Shown here: positions 35,629 through 50,070 of the stretch, piece after piece
Layout: the number at the start of each line of letters is the position of its first letter
Numbering within the stretch: position 1 is the stretch's first letter
Assembly (NCBI RefSeq): GCF_963921235.1
Contig: NC_086097.1
Location: forward strand, 154,382,001-154,446,000
Length of the DNA: 64,000 nt
DNA from: Mobula hypostoma
Lineage: Eukaryota
Direction of reading: 5' to 3'
Program-made: the position numbers and the translations under genes
The notes under the pieces: model-generated
Told to the model about the DNA's origin: nothing
Database searches by the model: none
What the model saw: the letters and a program-made list of their open reading frames with translations, nothing else

Positions 35629-36621
35629 TAGTGGATTCCAGTTCGTAATAGTTATCCATGGAAGAATCTATCCAGAGATTGCAACGAACAAAATCAACAC
35701 AGCTACATTTATATGCCGAGCAGCACCTAATCAATTAGCTTGTTTATTTCGGCTTTTTTCTTAAAGATGTGCTGGGTGTGTTCTGGCTACCACTGCATTC
35801 TTCGCAGCCCGGAGGTTTGGGACCACTGTTATAATTGACTTAATCTCTATATTCATGCGAGGAAAATATGCGTTGTGTATTTAATATTAAATTCGTTAGA
35901 TAAACCCCTTTAGAAACGAAATTGAGTGTATTAGCTACTTACAAGTGACTTATAGTTGACGTATCACCTATATTCCGGTCACGTTTAACACCTCCCCCCC
36001 ACCCCCGGGGTCGGCCGGTCCGCAAGAATATTGTCAATATTAAACCGGTCCATGGTGCAAAACAGGTTGGGGACCCCTGATTTAAACTAGCTGGCTGGCT
36101 GCCAAGGAGCTATGCTATTGATGTCCTACGTGATGAGGCCAAACTCCCTGTAGACTTGCTTAAAGTTGTAATAGAATAAACATGATAATCTAATATAAGT
36201 ACATATTTTAATGTTACATTTGCTGCATATACCCAACTTGGTTTACAAATTAGACAAAATCACTAAACAAAGTATTACGTACACCCTTGGAGGTCGATGG
36301 GGGTGGGGGGGTGGTGGATATAGGGTTGCGGGGAGGCGGGGGTGCTACCTCCCTGAAATGGTGCTGCTACCTCCCTGAAATGAGTTTTTGCATGGTTGGA
36401 TGTCTGTCTAAGCATGGTTAGCGTACAACAGCCGCACAATTGAGTGCGATTGATGCTAGTTAGATTTTGTATGCAACAGTCTCCTTCCCCAGTTAAGCAA
36501 CATAGTGCTCCTAACAAACAAAGGCAATCCTGTCAATTTTCTCAATTAGTTTTTGTCCTTTAAGGATTATCCCAAATAAGTGGCTGTCCCCATTAACTGA
36601 TTAACCAGAATTCACATTGTA
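35629..36621. mobile_element. Second Tigger-like remnant containing hAT (Charlie-like) ends
   Basis: gtggattccagtt at the left and cccaaataagtggctgtccc...ttaaccagaattcacattgta at the right. Two same-orientation hAT-type termini: ggtttgggaccactg (to 35828) and ggttggggacccctg (to 36079). Confidence 0.55.
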
Positions 36622-36854
36622 TAAATGTAGAGACAACTACTTAAAAGGCAAACAGCATGCAGGAAGTGTGTCCATATGTAAGTTTTGTTTTAACATTATA
36701 TCCATTATCAACATACAATTTTAATCACCCTACAACCATCAGGCTTCTGAACAAGCTTGGATAACTTCACTCATCACAACTCTGAACTGATTCCATAACC
36801 TACAGACTCAAGATTAATGACTCTACAACTCATGTTTTCAGTATTTTTCAAATC

Positions 36855-37050
36855 ACAAACAAGAGAAAATCTGCAGATGCTGGAAGTCCAAGCAACACAC
36901 ACAAGATGCCGGAGGAACTCAGCTGGTCAGGCCCCCTTCCTTCTCAGTCCAGATGAAGGCTCTCAGTCCAAAACATCAACTGTTTATACTTTTTCATAGA
37001 TAATGCCTGACCTGCTTTGGATTTCCAGCATCTGCAGACTTCTTCATGCT
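36855..37050. mobile_element. Miniature palindromic Penelope-terminus element
   Basis: tctgcagatgctggaa ... ttccagcatctgcaga inverted ends enclosing a decayed hammerhead-like cagtccagatgaaggctctcagtccaaaacatcaactg. Confidence 0.7.
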
Positions 37051-37376
37051 TATTATAAAACCTAGTCTTTTGTTTTTATTTATCATACAATTCCAACTCT
37101 ACTTCAACTTCTGATTAATCTTTGAGAAATAATTGAAAGCCTGTTTTATTCCTGACAGGAAACCCAGCACTAAGTATGACATCAGCTTGTGAGTAATGAG
37201 GCATTAAAATATAAAGTACATCAATGTTTCAAATGTAAATGAGAATTCTCTTGTGAATTTATCAGAACAATGTGCAGATTTAAATAAGTAGGGGATGTAG
37301 GATGGTCTTAACTGGAACACCTTGGATGCATTTTCTTCCTTTATACCTACTCACAATTGTATTCATATATCACGCA

Positions 37377-37663
37377 TTTACTTATTGAGATACAGCACAG
37401 AAAAGGCCCTTCCAGCCCCTCACACTGCACCACCCAGCAATTCCCCGATTTAATCCTGGCCTAATCATGGAGCAATTTACAGTGACCAATTTACTTACTA
37501 ACTGGTGAATCTTTGGACTGTGGGAGGAATCCAGAGCACTCAGAGGAAACCCATGCGGTCATGGGGAAAACATACAAACTCCTTACAGGCAGTGAAGGGA
37601 ATTGAACCTGGGTCGCTGGTACTATAACGACTATGTGCTAACCACTATGCTACCGTGCCGCCC
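37377..37663 (-). mobile_element. HE1/V-SINE-type tRNA-derived SINE
   Basis: Minus strand gggcggcacggtagcatagtggttagcac...ggttcaattcc...ggagtttgtatgtt..ccccatgaccgcatgggtttcctc...cctcccacagtccaaaga, with a CR1-like 3' end. Confidence 0.9.
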
Positions 37664-37849
37664 CAAGACAGACAAGTTATTTTTTTCAAGTCAGATGTTA
37701 AGTGTTTGCAAAATGACTTAAATTCTGCTTTTCTGATGCTTCCCACCCAATCCTTGCCTCTGCAAAATGTCTGCCATTGTAGTGCAGGTGGTGACAGAGG
37801 CAACTTCTGCTGTCTTTTATCAAACATAGAGCATACACATACACATACA

Positions 37850-38215
37850 CATCTACAGCACATTACAGGTCTTTCAGCCCACAATGTTGTGTTGACCATG
37901 TAACCTACTCTAGAAACTGCCTTGAATTTCCCTACAGCATAGCCCTCTACTTTTCTAAGCTCCATGTACCTATCTAAGAGTCTCTTAAAAGACCCTATTG
38001 GATCCACCTCCATCACCATCGCTGACAGTGCATTCCACGCACCCACCACTCTCTGTGTGAAAAACCTACTCTGACATCCCCTCTGTACCTACTTCCAAGC
38101 CCCTTAAAACTACGCCCCTTCGTGTTAGCCATTTAAGCCCTGGGAAAAAGCCTCTGGCTATCCACACGATCAATGCCCCTCATCATCTTATACACCTCTA
38201 TCAAGTCACCTCTTG
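37850..38215 (-). mobile_element. CR1 3' fragment
   Basis: VGAWNAL...IGSFKRLLDRYM; similar to the 3' end of the CR1 at 8114. Confidence 0.9.
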
Positions 38216-41200
38216 ACATACAAATAGATTAGGCATAAGTGTCCTGAATAGTGGATAACATTGAGGGGCTGAGAGGCCTGATTTTGCTGTGTCATCATTC
38301 AGACATGTGTATATTACTTACAAAATCTATCTGCTTAGGTTAGAGTAAATCTGCAGATTACCATTTTCCAGTGATCATTAAATTAAACGCTTGCAAACTG
38401 TGCTTCAAGAAAAAGCAAACCTTTTGGGGGTGGAGCTGGTAAAACTAGGGGAAATATTGGAGAGGGAATATTCATGGAAATATTAACATTATAAATAGAG
38501 CTTTTCACACTGAAACAAGCTGCAACATTTCTAACAAGGTCACAGAAATGAAAATTCATATTCAACAAATCTTGTTCTCCATGCCAATTCATTCTGGGAC
38601 ATGGTCACATATGCCTTTGCCAAAGGTTACAGCACACAATTGGCATATGGTGCAAGAATGGAATAGCTGGCAGGTTACAATCCTTTGGCGCAAAATCAAA
38701 GCCATGCCCAAGCATGTTTTCAGTTGTGTACTTCACAACATGGATCACTAGATAATAGTCAGGGGCAGGAACCCTAGTTAATTGTTGCTCTCTACAGGAA
38801 AATAGCTAGTGAACCCAAAAGCATAGCCTTCACAGGCCTAATTAAAGCACAGGCAACGATGACTGTGAAATCCATCTCGAAAGCTTATAAACAAATATAC
38901 ATAGAAGGTGCTAGCACTGGTAAAACAAAGAAAGCAAATCTCATGAATGTTGCTGATTACTTGGAACAACAGTAATTTCTTATCTTCTTGTTATGAGAAG
39001 TTAGGTTGGTTTTAAGTCACGAGCACTGATTTTAACTTTCATAATAGCTGTGAGCATGGATTAACCGCAGAAGACATACAGTACATCACAGCAGCCAACT
39101 TGCAATTTCCGACATTATTATAGCACACATAGCAGAACATGTCAGATTCCAATCTTTAAAAGGCGGAACTTTTCCTTAATACATTTAAATCAACTCTGCA
39201 TGCTGCAAGTAGCAACCTGAATAAAATGTAACTGCGGCTGGGAGTTTATCCCAAGGCTTGAGAAACACAGCAGTGAAACGGAGCGTCGACTGCTATATCT
39301 AAAAGGCAAGTATTCTTTATGTCAATCATTGTGGCCAGGTGGAGCAGAATGGCTCTCAACAATACCTCAGTGAATTGTTCAGCAATTTCTTTCGGCCTAA
39401 CCTGAGCTCTGTTAAACAACACCTTCAGCCTAGACTACAGTATGCCCCATAATCAAAGCTGAAGCCCATTCTCCCATTGCTCATCACGACAACCCCCAAC
39501 ATACAGGCTGCTATAATGGCAAGATTCATTTAACCCAAAAAGATCTACACATCAAGCGACTCAGAAAACTCAGGTTCCAAGATATAGAAGAGCAAAAGTG
39601 GAAGTCACTTAGCCACTGTCCTTGTGCTTGTTCCTTGAAAGAACCACCCAATCAGTTCTACCCACCAGTGACCTGTACTGCATTCCATTTTCCAGTATAC
39701 GTGTTTTCCTTTTGAAGCCTGATATTGAATCTGCTCCTACCACCCTTTCTGATAGTGGATTCTCAGTTATAAAGAAATTTTATCACCTCTTTTTGCCAAT
39801 TGTCTCAATCCTCCAGCTCATGGTTACTGACCTTCTGGAAGTGGAAACAGTTTATCTATATTTAGTTTATTGAAACCCATCATATTTTCAACATTTTCAG
39901 TTTTAAGTGCTCCATTTAGTCTTCCATCTCCTCTAGTGTTAACATATAACTGAAATCCCTCATGTAAGTAAACGTCTGCACCTTAATTTGGATGCAACAG
40001 GTCAATTAACTGGTAAATTCTGCCTAATTTCAAAGATTAACATAATAACTGGAAACCAGCTAAGCAAGTTAGTTGATAAATAGGTATTACATTCTGCAGC
40101 AAAAGCTAACATGGATAATATATCTGGTATTCCAATGCAGTAATAGTTCACAAATCCAAAAGTCTAACGTACATAGTTTTGTAGCTCGGCTCACAAGCCC
40201 TGTACAACTACATGATTTATGCTTATATTGTTCAATCTTTGTGGTGACTTGCATAATCAGTACTCTTGGAGTTTAACGTAATCAAACCTAAAACAATTGT
40301 TGCATTGTTGACTCTCCGCCTTTGATTGCAGAATTTCCTTAATTAACTGAATATAAATGCATCATCTGCCTTATATAACCCCACAGCATCAGTCCAGGCT
40401 CACAGTTTGCTCATCCACAATGCTACAGTGCTCTATGGATTTGTTGCTATTGGGAAGGGATTAAAAGCAGCTAATAATTTATACCAATTACCACCATCAT
40501 ACATTGAAATGCCAGTTTTGATACCAAAATAAATACAAAGCACTGAGCTATTACCTCAAACTCTGGCAAATATTTTGACCTGAATTGAATAAAACAAGAA
40601 ACCCCAAATAGAGTAATTAAATTTAGTATTTTACTCTTCATTCCAGATATCCAACATTAATAAACAAGATTAGGTACTGATTGTATTAACATTAGAACAG
40701 TGCAATACAATGATTGGCCTCACTAATTCTGGAAAAGTTTTCTCGCACTTCCAACTACTTCCATCTGTCCACCTATGCTTGCTCCACAGTCATTCCCAGT
40801 TAAATGACCTCCTACACAAAAGAAAAGCAAAGCACTACAGATCATGAAAATCTGCGATAAATATAGAAACAAGCCAGACATATTCTGCATGTCAAGCAGT
40901 ATCTGAGAGAATAGCAAAGTTTACTGTTGAGCTGGCTGATAAATGCTGAGTGATTATTAACAACTGTCATCATCACCCACTCTACTACCAGGAAGACTGT
41001 GGCATCAATACCTGTGTACCCAAATTCTGAATTTACTTCCAGATTCCAGTCATCAACTCTCACATGCACCATGAACTTGATGGAATCTCCCAGTATTTAA
41101 TCTTTTGGATCTTGTACCTGTTATGGATCTACAGTCATTAAGTAATACAGCACGGAATCAAACCCTTCAGCCCAACATATCTATGCCCCTCAAGATGCCC

Positions 41201-42199
41201 ATGCCAGCTAGTCCAATCTGCTTTCCTGTCCAACCTGCTCACCTGAATGATTTTACAGTAATCAGAAAGAAAGGTAAAAATATGATTTGTTAAACAGCTT
41301 ATACCATGTATCAGCATTTGCAGCAACATTTCCATTTACTTAGAAGCATTTTAATCAAATACTTAAATCTATTCTTTTTTTATTTGCTAATTTCAGTGCT
41401 GATTGGTTTTGGGTCCTTTTAACTGTCAGAGACACTCAGAAAGTTGTCAACAAAGCTTGACAGACTTGATAGCCATCCAAACTGGCTCTGCCATCTGTCA
41501 AAGGTTTACTCAGTCCTTTCACAGGCAGAGCTTGTTCTAATCCAACCACATGACCTAATTACATCATGCAACGTCCTTGTGCTACACAGTGCTTCGCCAA
41601 TTATGAGTTAGTGGCTTTCATCCAGCAAATTTTTCTTCACAGATATTCAGAGGGTAACTGCAGGACAATTGCATATCTCACTGGTGAGTGCTGTTGCCAA
41701 GATGCACTCAGCAAAATCCAGGTCAACGTTTCAGCTCAGTGTTCTTAAATCAACGCTCTAATATCAGATTCACCTTGAACCAGAGATGTCCACCTCTTTT
41801 ACAACTGTCCATCTGACCTTCTCTAACCGGGGAATATCTATATTTTTAATTCCAAGGCTTTGTTGTTCTAGTTAGCAGGGAAGGCTCTCATTCATGCAAA
41901 TTTAATTGTTTTAACTAAAATGATAAGTGCGTCTCCTGTCATTAAGAAGCTTTGCATCCATAATCATTAATAAAGAAATGCCCAGTAATTACCCAAAAAC
42001 AAATGAACAGGGAAATTGTTGATTTAGGAAACTGAAGCTGAGGTTAAATTCAAGAGTGACTCATAAAAGACAAATAATTTGAGGCCGCCATGAACAATAA
42101 GCCCTTGCCTATTTGAATTAGTGGAGATCACACACAGAAAATTCATGTTCAGACCTCAATGCCGTGACTGTAGCAGCATTCTAACATTAGAATCAAAGT

Positions 42200-42700
42200 G
42201 TCATAGAGTTATATAGTATGGAACTAGGACCTTTACCCAAGCTAGTCCTACTTACCTGAATTTCACCCAAATCCCCCTAAACCTTTCCTTTCCATACCAG
42301 TCCAAAAGTCATTTAAAATTGTGATTTTACCTTCCTCTACCACTTCTGGCTGCTCATTCCAATTAACTAAGCCACTCTGCATGGAAAACTTGCCTCTCAG
42401 GTCCTCTTAAAATCTTTCCTTCTCACCTGAAATCTATGCCATTTAGTTTTAAATTCCCAAACCCTGGGGAAAAAACCATGATAATCCATCCTACTGAGTG
42501 TAATAAACTTCTAAAAGGTAATCCCTCAATTTGCTTCACTCCAGGAATAACAGTTCCAGGCTATCTTATCTCTCTCAAGACTTAAGTGCTCCAGCCCAAG
42601 CAACGTTCTTGTGAATCTATTTCTACACCCTCGTTAGCTTAATTACATCCTTCCTATTACACAGCAAACACAATATTTCAGGTCTGGTCTCATAACTCTC
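42200..42700 (-). mobile_element. Decayed CR1 3' fragment
   Basis: Reverse-complement similarity to CR1 3' ends (accactctgcatggaaaac, cttgtgaatct...caccct). Confidence 0.7.
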
Positions 42701-44354
42701 GTACTTAATCAAGCCTTAGCCCTGACAAATGTGTCTCAGTGTCTGGAGTACCATGCATCATCCCCCTCATTCCAGCCTCCCAATCTGGCCAGTAATCATG
42801 GGGACTGGGGTGCAGTGCATTCTTTTGTCAGAAAGGTCACACAGAAGAGAAAGTACCTGAGGCAGGAGAAAACTTGAGAGCTGGAGGTTCTCCAAGAATG
42901 ACAGCAGTATTGTCTTAGATATTCATATCCATTTCTATCACATTCTTCAGGACAATTCAAGAAGTTTTGAAACTCTTAAAACTGCATGGTCACCTGGCCA
43001 TATTCATATCATGAGAGCACAAGAGCTGAATATAGTATTGAGTGTTACAGTAATGGCAATTGAAGACAAAATTATCCTGTATCCTGTTATAATTCTCACT
43101 TCCATCTTTGAAGGAAACTATTTTTATCTGTTATATTACCCAGTTTATTTTGACATAAAGAAAAAAAACTATAGTTGTTGTTAATCTAAAAGTAAAAACA
43201 AAAAAAAACAGTGCAAGTATTCTACTGGTCTGCCCACATCTGCGGGAAGAGAAATGGACTTACTGTTTCAGGTTCAAAACCCTTCATCAGAACTGGGAAG
43301 AACTGTGACTGGTTTATTAACATTAACTTGAATTTCATCAAAATAACATAAAGTTGATGTATGGTATGCTGACTATTGCAAGCAGAGAAGCTGACCTTTG
43401 TAGTAGTTTGCAGAATCTTACAACATGTTCTGTGTTACCAACTGTAAATCAATGTGGAAATTAAATAAAGTTTCATTATACACAGTGCAATTATATTTCT
43501 TAGCTTGTGCATTCACTTTATAAATTGCAAAGTGACATACACTCAACCCCAGACTTCACTTTCCATGATCCCCTGTGGTTCTTCCTATAGATGCAGTTTT
43601 ATTTTACTGCCGATTACTCTGGCCCATCATGGATTATCCCAAACCACTTAACCTTCTGCTGTGAAATGACTTCCCTCTAATCTCAGCAGCTGCAGCAAGG
43701 GATTAATTGACGTTTAAGTGGCTTCACAATTATGAAACAGAACAGCATCTGAGCAGGTAGTAGTGAGTGTGACTCTCTGCGGGGTTCATTACAGCTGTCA
43801 TGAGTCACATTTCTTGAGTATCTCAAAGGGAAAAAAGACAGGAGAAGGTTGAGGTGAGGGAGGAAATGATTGAGAAATGGCGATGTACAGCTTGTAAACT
43901 TGACAGTTACAGGCAAAGAAGGGAGTGGAATATGAGAAAACAAACTACATCTGAAATTACATACACCTTCAATTGAATTCATGCTGTCACTGACCTCTTG
44001 CTGAGCAATTGCCCTTCCAATAATACTCAACTGTATGTCCTCCAGCAAAAATTAGGATTTGAAGGCAGTGCTATAGATCTCCTACCAGGTCCTGCTTCAT
44101 CAGACTGCGCATCACCTCATCTTGAAAGAACAAGCAAAGTGTCTCCATGACCATCGGGAAATCTTTCTGAGTGGCATTATTAGAGCTGAGAAGCCAAAGG
44201 TTTGCAAATGCTAAGGCTGTGCATCTAAAGCTGTTAGTAAGGGGGATGAGAATCTGGTGGGGAAAAAGGATTTTATGTAAGAGCGCTGCTGAAAAGACAC
44301 TGTCAATATTTGTGTCATAGGGCCCTGGGAATTGGTTACGTTTTGACTTAGAAA

Positions 44355-44590
44355 CTTACAGTACAATAATAGGCCCAACTGGCTAAACGAGCCCGCGTTT
44401 CCCAATTAAACCCACTTGACAATAACCAGTATGGCAACGGAATGTGGGAGGAAACCAGAGCACCTGGAGGAAACCCACATGGTCACAAGGAGAACATACA
44501 AACTCCGTACAGAAGCAACGGCAATTGAACCAGTGACACTGGCATTGTAACAGCATTACACAAGATGCCACACTACATCACCTCCCCACA
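44355..44590 (-). mobile_element. HE1/V-SINE-type SINE
   Basis: tgtgggaggaaaccagagcacctggaggaaacccacatggtcacaaggagaacatacaaactcc is the V-domain in reverse complement. Confidence 0.85.
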
Positions 44591-45169
44591 TTAAGTGGTT
44601 TAGTTAAAAGGATAAGCATTAGAAGATGTATTCACTGACTGAGAACATTACGTAAGGCCTCCAAACTTCCTGTGGTCTCACAGCCTCCCCCTTGGAGACT
44701 TATCTTTGTGCCGTAACCTCCATAGCAATTATTTCTCTTTGCCTACTTCGTACAGCTCTCTGCAACTCCTGCACCAAGATCAGCAGTGCAATGCAGAAAC
44801 TCTTCAACCCTGCTTGCTCCCTTGTGCCATTCTTCTCGTTTAATCAGATCAGAATCACTCCCTACATGACTGCTGACCACAATGTACATCCTTAATGAGG
44901 TACCAGGGAGACTGAAGATGCAGAACATAGTTTTAATCAGATCCAGACACTCGTTATTCTATCCCTTGCTGATGCTCCCAGGCAGTCAACATCAGGGTTA
45001 ATCAATCAAAGTCTTCCTCAACCAGAAACTCTGGATGAACCAAGAGATTCAAAATATATTAAGAGATTGAAAATTGGTGGCATTCTGGAATGGTAACGCA
45101 GGGAAGTACAAGTGGTCCAGATATGATCTCTGCAAAGCCATCTCACATGCAGAGCAGCAATTTCAAACT

Positions 45170-46130
45170 AAGGCAACACACAAAAATGCTGGAGGAAGTT
45201 AGCAGGTCAAGCAGCATCAATGGAAATGAAAAGACAGTCAACGTTTCGGGCCAAGACCCTTCTTCAGGACTGGAAAGGAAGGAGACAAGATGCCAAAATA
45301 ACAAGGTGGGGTTAGGGGAAGGAGGACAGCTAGGGGGTGAGAGGTGAAACCAGGTGGATAGGAAAGGAAAAGTGCTGGAGAGGACAGAATCTGATAAGAG
45401 AGGAGGGTGGATCACAGAAAAAATGGAAGAAGGAGTGGACCCAGGAGAGGTGATAGAAAGGTGAGAAGAGGTAAGAGGCCAGATTGGGGAACAGTAGAAG
45501 AGGGGAAGGAAAGTGAAATTGTATTCTCCCGGAAGGAGAAATCAATACTAACGCCATCAGGTTGGAGGCTACCCAGATGGAATATAAGGAATGGGAATGA
45601 GAATTGGAATTAAAATGTTTGGCTACCAGGAAGTTCTGCTTGTGGTGAATGCAGCAGAGGTGCTAGATGAAGCAGTTCCCCAATTTACAACAGGTCTCAC
45701 CAATGTAGAGGAGGCCGGCTGCATCGGGAGTACAGGACACAACACCAGCAGATTTGCAGGTGAAGTGATGCCTCACCTGGAAGGACTGTGTGGAACCCTG
45801 AATGGAGGTGAGTGAGGAGATGAATGGGCAGGTGTAGCATTTTGACCACTTGCAACGATAAGTGCCTGGAGAGTTATTCGTAGGGAGGGATGAATGAACA
45901 AGGGAATCATGGTGGGAGCAATCCCCATAAAAAGCAGAAAGAGAGAGTGAGGTAAATATATGGGTAAAGGTGGGATCCCTTTGGAGAAGGCGGAAGTTGC
46001 AGAGGATGATGAGTTGAATGCGAAGGTAAGAACAAGAGGAACCCTGTCACTGTTAAGGTGGCGGGAAGATAGGGTGAGCAGGGATGCTCAGGAAATAGAG
46101 GAGATGCTGGTGAGGGCTGCGCCAATGGTG
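45170..46130 (-). mobile_element. Older Neptune-type Penelope 3' fragment
   Basis: Colinear with 17986-19085 (gccatcaggttggaggctacccagatggaatataag; cctcacctggaaggactg). Confidence 0.9.
45235..45272 (-). ncRNA. Hammerhead ribozyme motif with an intact core
   Basis: CAGUC-CUGAAGA-A-GGGU-CUUG-GCCC-GAAAC-GUU-GACUG. Confidence 0.6.
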
Positions 46131-46559
46131 CACTAAACTTGAATCACAGAAGGATGTTCTGTGAGAGGCTGAAATGTCTCCAAAGCAAAGATAAGCAACA
46201 TAATTGACAACAGGGTTTTACTCCTAGATAAGCTCAATGGCTTTTACGCTCACTTTGACCAACAGAACAAGGAGGGTCCTTCAAAAATTCCCACAGCCTT
46301 TGATCTCAGTGTCTGAGGCTGACATGAGAGCATTCTTCAGGAGGGTAAATCCATGGAAAGCACCTGGCCCAGATGATGTACCCGACCAAGTTTTGAAGAC
46401 TTGTGCTAATCAATTGGCTGACATGTTTATGGATATCATCAAACTCTCGCTTTGGCAGTCTGAGACACCCACCTGCTTCAAGCAGGCTTCAATTATTTCA
46501 GTGCCCTGAAAGAGCATGGTAATTATAAGATAGGTGAGTAGGCAGAGGGGGTGGTAAGA

Positions 46560-49211
46560 AATAATAAGAAATAATATTAAATGATTGGAAAGAGATGACA
46601 TAGGATTGGGAGGTGTAGAGTCTCTATGGGTTGAGTTAAGAAATGGCAAGGGAAAAAGGATTCTTAATGGCAGTTGTATACAGGCCTCTAAACGGCAGCT
46701 GGGATGTGCATTACAAATTACAGCAGGAGATAGAAAAGGCAGTGTCATGATAATTACTAGGGATTTTAACATAAAAGTGGATTGGGAAAACCAGGGCAGT
46801 ACTGGACCTCAAGAGAGAGAATTTGTAGAAAGTCTAAGGGATAGCTTTTTAGAACAGCTTGTTGTTGAGCCCACTTGGGGATCGGCTGTGCTGGATTGGG
46901 TGTTATGCAATGATCTGGAGGTGATAAGAGAGTTTAAGGTTAAGGAGCACTTAAGCAACAGTGTTCACAATATGATCAAGTTAACATTGAAATTTGAGAG
47001 GGAAAAATAAAATCCAATGTATCAGTATTTCAGTGGAATAAAGGAAATTACAAAGGCATGAGAGGGGAATTGGCCAAAGTTGACTGGAAAGAGACATTTG
47101 TAGGAAAGACAGCAGAGCAGCAATGGCTGAAGTTTCTGTGAACAATGACGGAAGTGCAAGACAGATATTTTCCAAATAAGAAGAAATTTTCAAATGGAAG
47201 AAGGACACTACCATGGCTGACGAGTGAAGTCAGAGCCAAAGTAAAAGCAAAAGAGATGGCATACAGGAAGCCAGAGCTAGTGGGAAGATAGAGGATTGGG
47301 GAGTTTTTAAAAACTTGCAGAAAGAAACTAAGAAGATCATTTGGAAGGAAAAGATGAATTATGAGAGGAAGCTGGTGACTAATATCAAAGAAGATACTAA
47401 AAGCTTTTTTAAGTATATAAAGGTTAAAAGAGAGTCAAGGGTAGACAAAGGACCAATACAAAATGATGCTGATGCAGAGATGGCAGATGAACTGAATGTG
47501 TATTTTGCTTCAGTCTTCACAGTGGAAGACGTCTGCAGTATACCGAACATTCAAAAGAGTCAGGGAAGTGAAGTTTGTGCAGTGAAAATTACGGCTGAGA
47601 AGGTGCTCAGGAAGTTTAATTGTCTGAGGGTGGATAAATCTCCTGGACCTGATGGAATACACCCTCGGGTTCTGAAGGAAGTAGCTGGAGGGATAGCTAA
47701 GGCATTAATGATGATCTTTCAAGAATCGATAGATTCTAGCATTGTACCGGATGAATGGAAAATTGCAAATGTTACTCCACTATTTAAGAAGGGTGAGAGG
47801 CAGCAGAAAGGAAAATATAGACCTGTTAGCCTGACATCAGTGGTTGGGAAGTTGTTGGAATTGATTGTTAGGGATGAGATTACAGAGTATCTGGAGGAAC
47901 ATGACAAGATAGGCCAAAACCAGCATGGTTTCTTGAAAGGAAAATCCTGCCTGACAAACCTGCTGCAATTCTTTGAGGAAATTACAAGCAGGGTGGACAA
48001 AGGAGATGCAGTAGACGTGGTGTACTTGGATTTTCACAAGGCCTTTGACAAGGTGCCGCACATGAGGCTGCTTAGCAAGATAAGAGCCCATGGAATTACA
48101 GGGAAGTTACTAGCGTGGGTGGAGCATTGGCTGGTCAGCAGAAATCAGAGAGTGGGAATAAAGGGCTCCTATTCTGGCTGGCTGCCTGTTACCAGTAGAG
48201 TTCCACAGGGGTCGGTATTGGGATGCTGCTTTTTACGATGCATGTCAATGATTTGGACTATAGGATTAATGGATTTGTGACTAAATTTGCCGATGATACA
48301 AAGATAGGTGGACAGCAGGTAGTGTTGAGGAAAGAGACAGTCTGCAGAGAGACTTAGATAGCTTAGGGCAATGGGGAAAGAAGTGGCAAATGAAATATAA
48401 TGTTGGAAAGTGTATGGTCATGCACTTTGGTGATAGAAATAAACGGGCAGACTATTATTTAAATGACGAGAGAATTCAAAATGCAGAGATGCAAAGGGAC
48501 TCGGGAGTCCTTGTACAAGATACCCTAAAGGTTAACCTCCAGGTTGAGTCGGTTGTGAAGAAGGCGAATCCAATGTTGGCATTCTTTTCTAGAGGTATAG
48601 AATACAAGAGCAGGGATGTGAAGTTGAGGCTCTATAGGCACTCGTGAGACCACACTTGGAGTATTGTGTGCAGTTTTGGGCTCCTTATTTTAGAAAGGAT
48701 ATACTGACATTGGAAAGGGTTCAGAGAAGATTCACGAGAATGATTCCAGGAATGAAAGGGTTACTCTATGAGGAACGTCTGGCAGCTCTTGGGCTTTATT
48801 CCCTGGAGTTCAGGAAAATGAGGGGGGATCTCATAGAGACATTCTAAATGTTAAAAGGCCTGAACAAATTAGATATGACCAAGTTATTTCCCATGCTATG
48901 GGAGTCCAGGACAAGAGGGCATGATTTCAGGATTGAAGAATGTCCATTTAGAATAGAGATATGGAGAATAACTTTAGTCAGAGGGTGGGAAATCTGTGGA
49001 ATTTGTTGCCACGAGTGGCTGTGGAGGCCAAGTCACTGGGTGTATTTAAGGCAGAGATAGATAGGTTCTTGATTAGCCAGGGCATCAAAGGGTAAAAGCA
49101 GGGGAGTGGGGATGACTAGAAGAATTGGATCAGCCATGATTGAATGGTGGAGCAGACTCGATGGGCCGAATGGCCTACTTCTGCTCTTATATCTTATGGT
49201 CTTATGGTCTG
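46560..49211 (+). mobile_element. CR1 LINE nested in Rex1, same subfamily as 11412-13790
   Basis: ORFs 46585-49060 from the endonuclease (VESLWVELRN, DFN) through RT (321-aa ORF 47315-48280). The tail is cttatggtcttatggtct. Confidence 0.95.
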
Positions 49212-50070
49212 ATTATCCAGTAACACTTAAATCAACTGTGAACCGAATTGACAGGATGGTCAAGAAGCATATCAACTGGTCCTTGAAGTATGACCTGGAT
49301 CCACTCCAATTTGCCTACCATTGCAACAAGTTGAAAACAGATGCCATTTTATTGGATCCTCACTCAGCTCTGGAACACCTGAACAATAAATGTGCATACA
49401 TCAGAAAGCTCTTCATTGACTACATCTCAGCATTCAACACTATCATCCCCTCAAAAAGGTCACTAAGCTCCAAGACCTGGATCTCAATACCTCCCTGTGC
49501 AACTGATCCTCAATTTCCTCAGTGGCAAAGCCCAGTCAGTACAGATTGGCAACAACATTTCCTCACCATCAACAATGGTGCAGCACAAGGCCCCTTGCTT
49601 TACTCACTTTATACCTATGACTGTGTGGCTCAGTACAGCTTCAATGCCACATTGAAATTTGCTAACAACACCACAGTCAATGGCTGAATCAAAGATGGTG
49701 ACAAAGCAGCATATAGAAGGGAGATTGGAAATCTGGCGGAGAGGTGCCACAACAGCAATCTCTCACTCAACGTCAGCAAAGCTGAAGAGCTGATTATCAA
49801 CTACAGGAGGAAGAAGCCGGAGGTCCATGATTCAGTCCTCATTAGGGGATCACTGGTGGAGAGGGTCATTAACCTTAAATTCCCTGACATTGCCATATCA
49901 CCACAAAGAAGGCACAAAAGCACCTCTATTTTCTTAGGAGTTTGTGTAGATTCGGCATGATATCAAAAATATCGAACGACTTCTATAAGTGCACCTCGGT
50001 TGCATCAAGACTTTGTATGGAAACACCAATGCCCAGAAATGGAAAATATTACAGAAAGTGATGGACATAG

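Noticed and set aside
41643..41683. Possible 41-nt plus-strand exon (ttttcttcacag | ... ctg | gtgagt)
   Set aside because: The splice signals are good, but the translations (YSEGNCRTIAYLT or IQRVTAGQLHISL) are not recognisable, no partner exons were found, and it is opposite to the putative gene.
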